Shown here one piece after another: positions 1-12,900 of a DNA stretch of 64,000 nucleotides. The stretch is from Anthoceros angustus (Eukaryota > Plantae > Anthocerotophyta), in assembly GCA_010909165.1 (NCBI GenBank), contig MU008162.1, forward strand, positions 1,798,001 through 1,862,000, written 5' to 3'. Below the pieces are notes generated by a model. It saw nothing but the letters and a program-made list of their open reading frames with translations. It did no database searches and had not been told where the DNA came from. Each line of letters opens with the position of its first letter. Within the stretch, counting starts at the first letter, position 1. The position numbers and the translations under genes were made by a program.

Positions 1-600
1 GTCCACCGCAGTGCGCAGGCAGGAGTATTGACTGCGAGCCGCCAGGAAGAAAAATCAGAAAGAAGGCGGCACAGAGCGTATTACCAGAGTTCCAAACCTA
101 CGCCCCGAAATAGCCACACTAGACACTCACCATTGCAAAAACGAGCCAGCAGCTTACTATTCTCTCCTGGTCAAGCCTGCAAAGATTGCGCAGCACAGCA
201 GCTGGATGGAAGACAATCACAACATGGTCCAAGACCAGTTCCAATCCCGCCGCCAGACTCCCGCAGCCCGCTCAGATCCGCTCCCCGCTCCCGCCCGATT
301 CAGCAGCAACGGAAGAACACAGCCTTGTGCCACAGCCAAGCCACACGCTTCCTGCGACACTGCGTGGCCGGCGCCAATCCTGCTCCAAGAAAACTGCAAC
401 CGAGGCGCAAAGAGAGCAGCTTCACCCGCCTCCCTGTCCCTCCCCAGTCCCGATCCCGACGCTCCCAGAGCTCGGCCGCAGGAGACGGGCTCGCAGCGGC
501 GCAGAGGGCAGCAAAGCAGAGCAGCGCAGGGCCCGATCCCGCAGCGCTGCCGAATCCTCCCAACAAAATGCCGATCGATCGCTCTTGGTGCCAAGCAGAC
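1..600 (-). other. Probable 5' end (UTR and first small exons) of a spliced gene running off the left edge; product unknown
   Basis: Minus-strand GT-AG junctions delimit exon 176-131 (ending in ATG), a 13-nt exon 97-85 and an exon from 31 leftwards. The upstream region is GC-rich. I recognise no protein similarity. Confidence 0.3.
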
Positions 601-3600
601 GCCGCCGCAGGGATTGACAGCCAGGCTGCCTCAAGGCGGCGGGCTACAGGCCAGGCTGGGGGGATTTCAGCTTCACCCAACGCCCGCTCTATACGTTCCA
701 AGGCAGCCGATAGCAGGGCGCAATGCGCAGAGGATTTCTAGCTCGGCCGGGGCCCCCCCTTCTGCAACACCACGCATGTGCGGGGTTTTCTTTCTCCCCA
801 TTTCGTACCTAGTCGGATATTGCGAATTTCAGCTGAACCCGAGAAGATTTAAATCTCCGATAGCATTGTATCATTGGGCTTGGAACACTGACCCCAATCT
901 CCGCCTCTGGTTATGTACCTTGATCATTTCAGATGCGTATCTTATCGTAAGAGGAATCAACTACTGGGTAAATCGATTATCATGACCTTCCTAATCCATA
1001 TATTACAACATACTTAGTCCTATATTAAAAAGAATCATTTGCTTTTTTACGAAATGGGTCATTTTATTAACAAGACATTCAAGGATCTGCTTCGATTTCT
1101 GTGAATCATTGTTATCCCATACCACGAGGCCCATCCGACCTGCAGGCTGCATGCCCAAATCTACCACATGTTTTTGAGTACTTCGAAAAATTTTGGAGTG
1201 CACAAGTGAGGCACAACATGCAAACGGATTAGACTATCACGTTTCACGGAGGCTTGTCTTGGTTTCACATTTGCTACGTCCAACTAGATAGTCTCTATCG
1301 CGCGTGAAAGTGAGTGTCCACCCAACCTCTAAGGCAGGAAGCCGGGAGGAAGGATGCAAGGGTGCCGCGAGGGTCCGGGAAGGCATCGAGACATACAGCT
1401 GTCGCGGAGACCGAGAGTGACACCTTAGTGCAGTCCCGAAGGGGCGGGGCAGTTTAAAGCCTCGAGTCGGGAGAAAAGACTCCGAAGCGACGACGGAGGA
1501 AGTGTAACCACAAAGACTTCACGTGTATTTAATAATTTATTTAAGAGATTACAAATAATACTTAGTTTTTTTATATTTTCATATTTTATTTTTAAAAATG
1601 AACTTAAATTTCTTAAGAATATAAAGAAATTCGATTCAGATCTATCAAATAGGAGAACTCCATGATTAAGCACCCCTAGTACAAACCACTATTGAGATAG
1701 GGATTATGCTCATGTTTGATGTTTCAATTCAAATTCAAGATCTACAAGCAAATGGGCAGGGATGAGTGGCTCATATTGGTAGAGCTGGATCCTTTGTGTG
1801 TGGCACGGAAAGTCACTTGGCTTTTTCTCGATGTAGCGACTCCTTGTGCTATTGGGGACTTCTCTGATTGTAGTGATGGTGAAGAAGACATCCCTAATAT
1901 GGTGGAGGTGGACGTGCTGGCTTCCACTTCGATATCTCCCACTTCGAAGTTTGTTGCTCCTTTCCTTGTCCGAGCTTCCATGTTGTGTGGCGAGTCCCCC
2001 GTTAGAGGAGGGGCTATTCCCGTGGGCGGATCACGAAACTATTGAACTTGAAAGCTTTTGTTTCGGTTGGAAGCCACAAAGGGGCCTTCTTCGGAGCATG
2101 TTGTTCATCCCTCAAGAATGTCTTCGTGCTCATTGAGGAGATTGACCATATCATTAGCGTGGGGATAGACCAATTGCTCCCCAACCTCCCTGCTGTTCGG
2201 GAGGTGGCGGTGGACAGGCTCTGTTTTTTTGCCCTCAAGAAGTGGAGGTCTTGGCCTTGAGGGATTGGGAGCAAGCAGGCTGAGGGTTGATCTCTTGGGG
2301 CCTGCCAAAATTCACACAGCGGCTGCAAAACTTTATCAAGTACACTCCTTGCTTTAAGTACGACCTACATTTCACCAGGCACCTCCTAGTTGCAAATAGG
2401 CTCACCCTCCAGCTCTTCACCAACAAAAAGATCCTGCAACCTCCGACACCACCCTCCCTAGCAGATGCGGAATATTGCTGGCCTCCTTGGTAAGGAGAAC
2501 GTGAAGCAAATTCGACATTTAATCGACCTCAACATCGTCTATGCCCCGCTTTCAATCTTGGCTGAGAAGCTGAAGCGTCGTTTGCCTAGCAGCTTCTCCG
2601 TCCAAAGGTAATGATGGTGGAAATGATCCATTGGTGGCCGTTATTGAGATGGCACACAGAAATGACGGTGGTAGATGTGTTGCACTAATGGTGGATACCG
2701 AGATGTTGAGCTCTATGTCCTCACCGAAGAAGTCGTCTTCACTAGCTAAATCTTCTAGGTTTCTTTCCTTTTTTCCTTGTTGTTTACTCTGCCCATATGT
2801 GATTAAGGGCTTCTATACTAACCATACTTAATCTGATTTTTTTTCACAAAAAAATAAATTCAAATTGAACTCAATTTTATAGGATTGGGTCCAACTCGTT
2901 TACTTTCTTACAAGAAAACCTTGCATGGGTCTGTTTACTTCGGAGGCGTTAATTGACACGAGACTTTTTTTAATATTCAGTCCGCTTAGGATTTTAACTT
3001 CAAAATGAAAATCCCAAGTTTTTCACCCACACTTTTTGTACACTGTGCACAGATTTTATATGATCTACTAAATCTTTTTTTTGGGTAAGGGTACCATTTG
3101 TATGAAATTTCATGTTCCATAGTATGGTTCCACCTTTTTTGTAAAATATTTCTCTTTATCTACTCTAAAATTAACCATAATCTATAGTTGGCCCAAGAAT
3201 CGCTGGTAACTATAACAATCATCGGGTACATTTACCATGCTTTACTTTTACTTTGCATATCATATCCCCGTGAGCGCCCACTATGACATGATGGGAATAT
3301 ACCAACTGCTAGTTATTTTTGCCCTTTCCAAAAAAGTTTTGCCACGTGCAAAATTCTCTAACAGCGAGCCACTCATTCTACCTTGCTACATGATATTTCT
3401 GTTGTGCAATCCCAACAAATGGTACTTTATGCCAGCATTATATTTCGGCCATTTTCATTTGTCAAAACTGATGTCAATATTCTATCATTATAGCGCTTTG
3501 TCCTCGTGCACATACCATACATGGTCACACGATAAACGAACAAAATGGAAGGCGCATTGTACGATGGGAGTAGGAGAGGAGGAGAGAATGAACCTACCAC

Positions 3601-4655
3601 CTCCACCACTAGCCACTAGTGCAAGACAATTGCATCGTAAACAGGTGACTCGATACTAAAAGTAGACGGGCGATATATTACTTCTTCTTACCCACAGGAA
3701 GAGAAAAAAGAAGTTATAGCTTGGTGGTCAAAGTAACAGCCCTTAAATTCTTTAATAGACTCCAGCTCCCGCCTCGGTCTGTTGTCGAGTCTGCGGGTGC
3801 GCCTCGGTCTGAGACTCTGCCCCTCCTTACGCTAAGGAATGGACGTGTGTCGAGATGGCCTACCTTCGTCAATCTCTTTCTTTCCTTTTTCCTTGAATGC
3901 AAACAATTATTCTTCGTCTTCCACTCGTACAATTCCTCTTCCAAAATTGGTGAATCAAATACTTCTCCTTCCACGTTACTAATACTACTCTTTTCACACA
4001 AGTTCTTCCACTCTAATATGGAACAGAAACAATTCTCGAGTTCGTAATATTTTTAAACTGATGATTTCAATGTAGACATTAGGTTTCACATCTTGAGCAT
4101 CTTCGGACTCTGACCAAGTCAAAAAAATATCTAAATCTTTTCTCGGTTCTAGTTGAGGTTTACTAAAAACAATATTGAATCAATCAGAGTTTATCAAAGC
4201 AAATCGAATCCAAGTAAGTCTTTACTAAAGAAAGAGTATATTTTAGTGTGTTCTTCTTCCTAGTTAAAATGCCTCTAAAGACTTCAAAAACTTGGATGGT
4301 TGCCCTACATAATGGTGAGCACGAAGCGCTGAGGGCCAAGGTCAGGCTTGCCACATTGCTACATTGACACATTGCATACATAACGTGCTTGCTTATTTAT
4401 GCCCATCTACTAATATCTGTGTCTGCGTGGTTGTCTCATCCACCTCAAGCCCTCTAGTGACTCTTCACATTGCCTTAACCCTCAATGATGGGCCTCTCTA
4501 GCTATTTTCTTCAAGGATATTCATTGGAAATTAAATTAAGGTCTTCTTGGGTCATATTAATGAATTTAAAATGCGGAAAAAATAGAGCAAGGTTCTAGCG
4601 AGGATTTTGCTTCTAACAAGGTATCCCATGCCTGAAACCAATAAGATCTTCAACC

Positions 4656-4687
4656 AACAGCGTCTGTTCTGAAAGGGGTTTCTCCTG
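4656..4687 (+). repeat. Left terminal inverted repeat (32 bp), preceded by TSD AACC
   Basis: AACAGCGTCTGTTCTGAAAGGGGTTTCTCCTG; one mismatch to the reverse complement of 26901-26932. Confidence 0.9.
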
Positions 4688-5255
4688 TCAAAAGGGGTTT
4701 TGGAAAAAATCCCAACCCTATTCCGCCGAAAACCGAAGTTGGGCTCGTTTTTGTTCAGTTTTGTAGGTGTTCATCCATCGGATTCGGGCATTCTCGGCTC
4801 CGGGACCACTTCCTGTCCGGTCATTTACACCGCGGTGGCGCCATGCACTCGTGTGCATGGATACTTTGTCGGTGTGATGAAGGGCCGGACCGTATTCTTC
4901 CATAATTTCGGCATGTCGATAGTTTCGCAATTTGTGTGGTTCTATATGTTTTGTATACCAAGTGGGGCTAGGCGCGCGTAAGTGCGCTAAACAAGGTATC
5001 GCAAACTTGTGCGCGCACAAGGCAAAAGCAGTCGAAATACATCATTCGGTGAGGAAATATGTCTTCTTGGAGGTGTGGATGTGGCGGAAGCCCGACGACA
5101 TAAGAAGTTGCACAAATCGGACGTCCACATAGACATGCCTCATCTATCTACCCTATGCCCTAAAGCTATGAAGAATACCCTATCACCTTTCTATCCTCTA
5201 CGGTGTTTAGTCTCCTTGACGGTGACCTTGTGCCGGATCATCATCAAACATGCCT

Positions 5256-8200
5256 TCAAAAGCACCAATAGCCGTCCCGGTTCCGTTGCCTCTGCCGCGG
5301 GTTCTTGTTGCGATTGGTGCCGGAAGTCGGATGTCTCATCACCAGCGCTTGTCGAACTACACCACCCTTATTTGGATTTTCGTCCAAATCATCATTTTCC
5401 TCCAATGCATCTCCTCTCGAACTTGGTGAGTATCTGTTATCTTCAACCCTTACCTTCTTCCACGGCCGGTAGATGTTGAAGTTCGAATAGCTTTGTCTTG
5501 ATAAGCTCACGTATGCGGACTTGTAGAGTGCTATCCCTTGCAAACGAGAACCCGTATGCCAAAATAAATGTCTCCGATATCAACGATCGATCCGGTGCTT
5601 GGGTCGCTTCCTCCGTTGTATAAACCCTCTCTATCAACATTGTGTGGAGCCAATATCTCCTCCGTAGGTACCTTCCTCAAACGCATTGCTATTCTCTGTC
5701 ACCCACCACCGGACAACTAGGTAAGGTTCGTCACATAAGAAATCCAAGTCTTCCACTTACGCAATCCGAAGGCACATTGATCGTCATCTCACATGGGACG
5801 CAATCATATGGCCTCGTCGATCTCGGACACATCCCCATCGAATCTCGCCAACTCGATGGCTGCGGCTCCGGTGGCCTAAAATTCCGACATACATGTGGCC
5901 GTTGCGGGGTTCGCGCTGGGCGAATGACAAAGACATCTGGAGCGTCGATGGGATTTAAGTTAAGTTCGGCCTGTCCTGTACCACTCCCATGCTTTTGAAG
6001 ATCTCGATGGACTCCTCCTCGATTTTGTCGCAAATATCGATGTGATGCCCGTAACGAGTTCCACCATACTTTGTCTTCCGGAGATAGATATTTTTGCATC
6101 GGTTCTTGAGGGCTTTCCTAATGGCTGCCAATGATTTATGCGGGTCCAGGTTTCCCATGCGCTTGAAGTGGACATAAAGGCGCCCCTTATATCTTTGGTA
6201 TTCTCAAGGAACTCCAAACCCTCCAACGGTTCCCAATGTGAACAAGTAGAAAGTGCCTTGCCACGAAGGCGTACATGGCTCCGACTCTTTCTTCCCTTGA
6301 AATTTTGAATTGATGTGATAACTATGATTGTGCAAATTCCTTACGCATCTCGTGTCCTCTTTTACCCATCCCATTGGGCGGACAAAAGCTCGAAATCGGC
6401 CACCTAAACCATTTTCACTTGGATTGGGTGTATAAGCCCGATGAAGCAAACTCATAAGGGTTTCGAGTGACATTGCTTTTTTGTGCCTGAGACTTTTAGA
6501 AAAGCACGAGAACATTTGGTCAACTGCATCATGTGTGTGCCCGACAAGAAGGAAGCCCACCTTCACCTTATCGAAGACCCGCTTCTCGACAAGCATACAC
6601 AAGTATGCAAACAACAACATATTCTTGTTTTCTCCGCCGTGTTGTCCGGTTGCAAGTAAAACGCCTTCGCGTAACCATCTCATATGTGAGAATAACATCC
6701 GGATGATATGAATAGTTAAGTTGGCGTCGTTCGAATATTCGAAGTTCACATACACCGGTCTTCATAATGTTGTTGTATACCAAACAACCCACAACATGGA
6801 CCCGGATGAGACCATCCGCAAAATCCTTTGGAGGCGGGGAAAATGTGGAGCTCCGTCTTGCTTTGGTCCATCCTGCCTATCGCCATACCAATGTATTTGC
6901 TCTGGCCTTTACACTTCAAACGATGTTTTGCAAGTTTTAGTCGCTCTGGATCGCCGACCGATGTTGACGAAGATGCCGCTCATGGACCTCATCACGACAA
7001 AAGGATCACATGGTCGAGCGTTGTCCTTGGTCGCGCCGGCGCATGGACCCGACCGGCTGCGCGCATGCGCGCGCGCACAAATGCGCGCACGCGCATGCGC
7101 GCGCGCGCGCGCGCACAAATGCGCGCACAAATGCGCGCACAAGTGCGCGCCGCGCGGTCGCGGCGCTCCACTCCGTGCGGCGCGCGCACGCGCATGCGCG
7201 CGCGCGCGTGCGCGCGCGCGCGCGCGCACCGCTGGGATCGCGCACAAATGCGCGCACCCCATTTCCTTCCGCCCGCTACCTCCTTTGTGAATGCGCGAGC
7301 TTGTGCGCGCGCGCACGCGCATGCGCGCGCGCGCGCACCGGCGGTGGGCGAGCACAAGCACGAGACAAGAGGGAGTGCTCATGATTCCATGGAAGTCAAA
7401 AGGAAACTCGGATATGAAATACCTTGTTCTTGTCGGTTCTGGTCATCTCGATGCATCTTCAACGCTTCGCATTGGACGATTTTGAAAACGACTACACTTT
7501 GGTATCTTCACTTTTGGAAAATGTTTCTTCCATAAGGCAAGTGAGAATGAGAGACGTTGGTCAACCCACTCTTGAAACCTCCGTTTGTAGTCCCGGAATA
7601 TCTCTCCTTTGGTATATGAATCGCAAGTTAAAAGCGAAACATTGGGCATGCGTTGTTGTTAGCTTGAAAACTTTTCCATCCAAGCAATGCATTCCGAACA
7701 TGATCTTGATTGGGCGTCCTTGGAACTTCAATTCGATGACCATGGTGTGTTCGTTAGTACTGCTTCAAATGTTCATACCTCCGCCATCCAATGCGTAACA
7801 CTTTTCGAAACTTCGTACACAACATTGCAACTGTTGTCTCGGAGAAAATTGAGAACATTAAGTATAGGTTGCTTGTTCTACCTCGAGCAATCCTTGCAAA
7901 TATATTTCCTGCTGTTCTCGAGGCAATCCCAGGAAGCGATATCTGAGGCTCTCTATATTCTTCTTTCCCAATTGCAGCAAACAACCTGCGCTACAGCAAT
8001 GCGAAGACCATGCGTTGTGTATTTCTTCAACGCTGCACAGCTTCATGGTCCTCTTCAATCTCCGGCTTGGATAATGTCTACGCTTCACCGGACAATGTGG
8101 ACTCGAGGATTCTGTGAAAGGCTCGGCTTGGATGCCACTGCCGTGGTGTTCTGTGCCCGCATCCTCCTTCCTGCAAAATTCAGTCCCATCATTCCCGACC

Positions 8201-8620
8201 TCCTCCATGGAGCGATGAAGAAACAATTTCCGCTGTCGCATTCCATCTTCAGCCTCGTTCCTAATGCGATTTGGCGTGGTATCCGAATGCTTGGCCTACC
8301 TCCTCTCCCTTCTTCAACCGGAGTTGTATCGATGATGAGACCTTCCGATGCCTTCCATGCTGGAGTGGTGTCCATGATTGTCACCTTCTCAATCTTCCGG
8401 CGATCTGGCGATGCGCTACGAAAAACATCAATCGTGAAACATTTCGGTGTGAGCCATCGGCTTATGGCCTTCCATTCGCCCGACTTGGCCCGCAGTAGGA
8501 TGGAGAAGCGCTCGCATTTCACCGCTCCTTCAAACTTGAGCGGTGGTCGCAACTATGAGACGAAGAAGTGCTGCGTACTATGGAGTTTGTCCATCCGTGT
8601 TTGAACGTTAAAATATGCAT
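5256..8620 (-). CDS. DDD transposase, Sola1-like (DUF7869-type core), intron-containing and frameshifted in this sequence; ends approximate
   Basis: Fragments in the expected order: Cys-rich HCCSAGCL..R.RF..L; LWKKHFPKVKIPK; YIGMAI(x)xMDQSKTELPHF (~6845-6885); YLQPDNT(A)GENKN (~6620-6660); FLLVGHTHDAVDQMFS (~6505-6555); then C-terminal fragments to ~5256. Confidence 0.8.
7035..7340. repeat. (GC)n / GCGCGCACAA(A/G)T self-complementary array inside a transposase intron
   Basis: Alternating GC tract. Minus-strand donor AAG|GTATTT at 7422; coding resumes near 6990 (acceptor not clean). Confidence 0.85.
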
Positions 8621-8789
8621 ACATGATTATGGTGGCGGTTTAACCCGTTATAGTAGCCGCCAATGTTAATTACCAAACGCGTTGCTTGAAATAAGGGCTA
8701 TAACGGAAACCCTAACCTAACCTTCAACCCGATTAGTTAACCCACGGTTAGGCCCGTTTGAGATTCCTTCCGCCTAAGTAACATGGGCA

Positions 8790-9330
8790 AGGCGCGTTGG
8801 TGTCGACTTGCATCGGTGAGCGTTCGGTGCCCGCCTTGCTTGAGCGATTGCGCGTTGCACAAGGCATCCGCGGTTTTGTCTGGAATCGTGGTGGATGCGC
8901 ACATGTGAGATAGGAAGAGCGCGCTGGTGGGCGACTTCGTGCTCTTGGGCGTGCATCTCCCATGTGCATCTGCGACTTGAGGGTCTCTCGACAAGGAATC
9001 GCGTGTTGGGCATGAGTTGTGTGCTTTGAATCGGTGGTGGTTGGTTGACAGGGAAGACCGCATAGCGTTCGGTGCGTCTTGCTTGAGCGATTTGCAGGCG
9101 TTTTCAAACACAAGGCATCCGCGGTTTTGCACTGAGAATCGTAGCTGGATGCGCACATGTGAGATAGGGAAGAGCGCGGGCGTTTCTGGTGGGCGACTTC
9201 CAGGTGCTCTTGCAGGCGTGCATCTCTCATGTGCATCTGCGACTTGAGGGTCTCTCCGTGACAAGGAATCCGCGCGTTCCTAGTGGGCGACATGCATCCT
9301 TGATTGGGCGATCCGCACAAGGCATCCGCG
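8790..9330. repeat. ~245-bp tandem repeat (2+ units) in the spacer between the two divergent element genes
   Basis: The unit GCGTTCGGTGC..TTGCTTGAGCGATT..CACAAGGCATCCGCGG..GTGCATCTGCGACTTGAGGGTCTCTC recurs at ~8820 and ~9065, with three units at 15650-16340. A 48-bp duplication also lies at 9568-9657. Confidence 0.85.
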
Positions 9331-9977
9331 TTTTGAGCACTTGTCGCGGTTGAGGGCCCAAGTGACATAGGCGAGACCTCTCGTCGGTTGGCAACCTCAC
9401 ATGCGCTTGGAGGCGTCGGACGCAAGGCAACGCAGTCTTGAACAAAACCGGGTGTGAAGTCTTCGACCGGTGTGTGTTCGCCAAAATCGTGTGGGTGACA
9501 AAAGGCCTCGGTGTCCGCTTTGTTGGTGCAGCGGTTGGTGCGGCGCCTCGTTGCTTATGTTATGCACCCTTGGTGCTTGGGTGTGAAAGGCACCCGCGGT
9601 GTTTGGGTCGCGGGCAGCCTTGGTGCTTGGGTGTGGAAGGCACCCGCGGTGTTTGCTTGTGGCATGCAGCCTTGCTTGGTTGTCCTGAGTGTCGCGTTTG
9701 TGGCAGGAAAGGGAGCCTGTGAAGAAGAGGCTTGTGAAGAAGAGCCTTCAGAAAGGGAGCCCGAAATAGCAGGTTTGCGGATCTATAATTTGGCTTGTTT
9801 CATGAAATGAAGACAACTTCAACATTCCATTCTTTCCGCATGGTTTGCCTCCGTTTTCCTCTAATGCTTGACGTGTGCATCGGTTGTGACATGTCCATCC
9901 CATGCAAGTGCGTGCAAACAGCCAACTTTGTAGAGCCTCAACCTCACAAACCTCCAAAACGCAAAAGGACGAAGCCA

Positions 9978-12900
9978 ATGTCGAAGGGCGAGCTTAGGAA
10001 GCGGAAGAGTGCGGCGGAGAGGAGGTTCGGTGGTGGTCATGAACCACCAACATCCGACCATCACTGCAAAGTCGACTCTCCTCCCACAAGGAGCATCTGA
10101 TAGGAAGAGTGGGCCTTCACAAGGGACATCACAGCGGAGGCCCAAGCCAAGCAAGGGAGCATCAGGGCTGCTGGATGACAGGGCATCAACATTTTTCGAT
10201 GATATCGGGATTGTGCCAGGGACAACATTGGAGAATCCTTTCTCCACGGCTGAGAAAAATGTGTTGACTGAAATTTGCACAGATCTATCGAGCATCTTGG
10301 ACAAGGAATGGTGCATACATGAAGAAGGAACCGACTCTACGGAGAATTTTGATCCCATCCCGCTGGGTGAACGGGTATATGGATGCGTTGAGGACACAAG
10401 ATTGTGGTTGGGTACATTCTATGGGCTTGGAAGTATGAAGTCCGCGAGAATCAAACTCTTGATATGCACAATGAGGGAGAAGTTCTTTTGAGGAATTCTA
10501 ACGCCGCTGGTATTGAGTGCGGACAACTGATTCCAAGGCGATGCAATACCCAAGACCTGCGAAGTGGACTTGACGCCATGACAAGTGACAAGGTATGTAG
10601 CGAAGAGAATCGACCTCACTTTTTTTCGTGATTGCACCATCACGCAGCCATGTCTTTGGGAGATGCATCGGCGCGCTGCGCGCACTAGTGCGCGCACTAG
10701 TGCGCGCACTAGTGCGCGCACTAGTGCGCGCACTAGTGCGCGCACTAGTGCGCGCACTAGTGCGCGCATGCGCGCCGCATGCGCGCACTAGTGCGCGCAC
10801 TAGTGCGCGCACTAGTGCGCGCACTAGTGCGCGCACTAGTGCGCGCACTAGTGCGCGCACGAGGACCGTGCGCGCACTAGTGCGCGCACTAGTGCGCGCA
10901 CTAGTGCGCGCACTAGTGCGCGCACTAGTGCGCGCACTAGTGCGCGCACTAGTGCGCGCACTAGTGCGCGCACTAGTGCGCGCACTAGTGCGCGCACTAG
11001 TGCGCGCACTAGTGCGCGCACTAGTGCGCGCATGCGCGCACTAGTGCGCGCACTAGTGCGCGCACTAGTGCGCGCACTAGTGCGCGCACTAGTGCGCGCA
11101 CTAGTGCGCGCGCGCGCGCATGCGGACCCGTCCGTCTGGAAGTGCGGACGAGGACCGGTGCCCGCCTTTGTGTACCCGGCCGAGCTGGATGTTTCTGGTT
11201 GATGCATCTGGTTAATGGAGGCGTGGTTGTCTTTGTGATGCAGACATTCGGGACTATGCTGGCGTTTGTCCAAAAAGAAATAGTTCTGGGGTTGATGATG
11301 ATGAAGATGGCCGAACAAGCTTGTGAAAGCGATCCGCTCCGAGATAGCGATGGAGAGGCTAGGAAAAAGCAGTTCGCAACCACGACCAAAGCACCGTCAT
11401 CAGCCGCGCTGAATATGGGCAATTCTGATGACGATTCAATGGAACAAGAAACAGAGAGGTACTTGCGGCGGTATAGATATTCGGATGACGTGTGCGAGAA
11501 TATGAAGAGCATGAAACCGCAAATGAAGATGTTGAGGACGAAGAGATGCATCGGACAACCGGCGAGTTGAAGCACACGACAACAACAGAGGATATACATA
11601 GCGAGGGTGGCTCAAAACGTTCGTCAAATGTCCCAAGAATCGCCATGCATTGGACGATGCCCAGCTTCTACAAAGTTTGGACAAGAGGGTCAAAGAATCA
11701 TGAAGGAGCGAGCCGTGTACAACCAACCTCAAGGAGGTAGACGCGGATGTTCGATTTCACACAAGGACGAAAGGTAAACCAAAAAGCGGGGAAAAGAGGA
11801 AGAAGTAATGACATTGGAGACACCGGCGGGGCGTCATCACCAAAGTCAGGCCGACGGACAACGAGAGTGGAGCGAGCCCAACAAAGATAAGGACCCGTTA
11901 CATCAAATTCGAGAGTCAAGAAGAGGTGCATTCCGCATACGATATGGTTGCCATCACCAAGAGAAGCGCAGACTACATTACTCGTGACGCCGATCCAAGA
12001 GTGGATGAATCATGGGGAAAACATCTTCCGGAAATTAAAAGGGACCTGCAAGAGGGAGTACTTCCTATGTATGATCGATCCAAGGAGTGCAAGCGTGAGG
12101 TCTTTGACAAAGACAAGTTGAAAAGGCAGCAGACACCATGGGAGTATTGGGTGGGAACCACGCTTCTATGCGTTCAACGCTGCGAAGACCCGGAGAACTC
12201 ACACTTCCGATATGGAAGCTCATATATATGCAGCTTAACCGGTAGATGCGGTGTCCGCCACGATCACAATGTGATTTCCGGAAGAGGATGTCTTTCATTG
12301 AGCAAGTCCGGTATATTCACGATGAAATGAAAATCGCGGTGAAGAGGGTATTAGCATTACAATGGATTGGAAGTACAATCTATATCGGATGCTAGGCGTC
12401 ATCGGCGGCATCGGGAAGAAATGCGACGACGAAGACCGCCGTTACATTGCTAGTGTCCCGCCTCATGTGTGGACACGGGTGGACGAGGTTTTCGATCTTT
12501 GGGAGAGGGGTGAGCTTCCCGAGCAAGGTAACCGGAAGAAAGGCAGCAAGAGGGGGAAATCAAAACGTGGGGGCCCGGATACAGAGCCAGCATTGCGGGA
12601 TCCAAATTTGATGATAAAGCCAATGCATGCGACCAATTGGAGAGTTTTCCAGGGCATGCCTCCAGGTGAAGCGGTGAAAGGATTATGCTGTCTACGCTGG
12701 AGAAAGTGATTCAAGGCGAGTTGACCGTGAGCGGCATGAAAATGTGGATAACAAAGGCCAAGAAGTTGAACGTCATCCGCATGATTTTGCTCGACCGAGG
12801 TGCAATTCATTTGCGAAGTTGAGAGAATATCCGAGGCACTCAACACCGTAAGATATAGCGAAATTTCAACCGTGTTTGATCACATTGTAAGTACACGTCC

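Noticed and set aside
1261-1500. GC-rich island that might be a structured ncRNA
   Set aside because: No recognisable snRNA, SRP, MRP or telomerase motifs or template.
7687-8604. 305-aa plus-strand ORF
   Set aside because: Antisense shadow of the transposase N-terminal region; no motifs.
8705-8730. Telomere or interstitial telomeric array
   Set aside because: Only a single AAACCCTA plus CCTAA words; 57482-57502 is likewise just 2-3 TTTAGGG-like units.
10670-11125. Possible CRISPR array
   Set aside because: A 12-bp head-to-tail repeat with no unique spacers, no cas genes and a eukaryotic context.
10419-11318. ORFs with RALV/ARTS repeats, and the ARAR/CAHK ORFs at 6.7-7.5, 17.6-18.4 and 22.8-23.7 kb
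   Set aside because: They are translations of stop-poor intronic GC arrays, not proteins.
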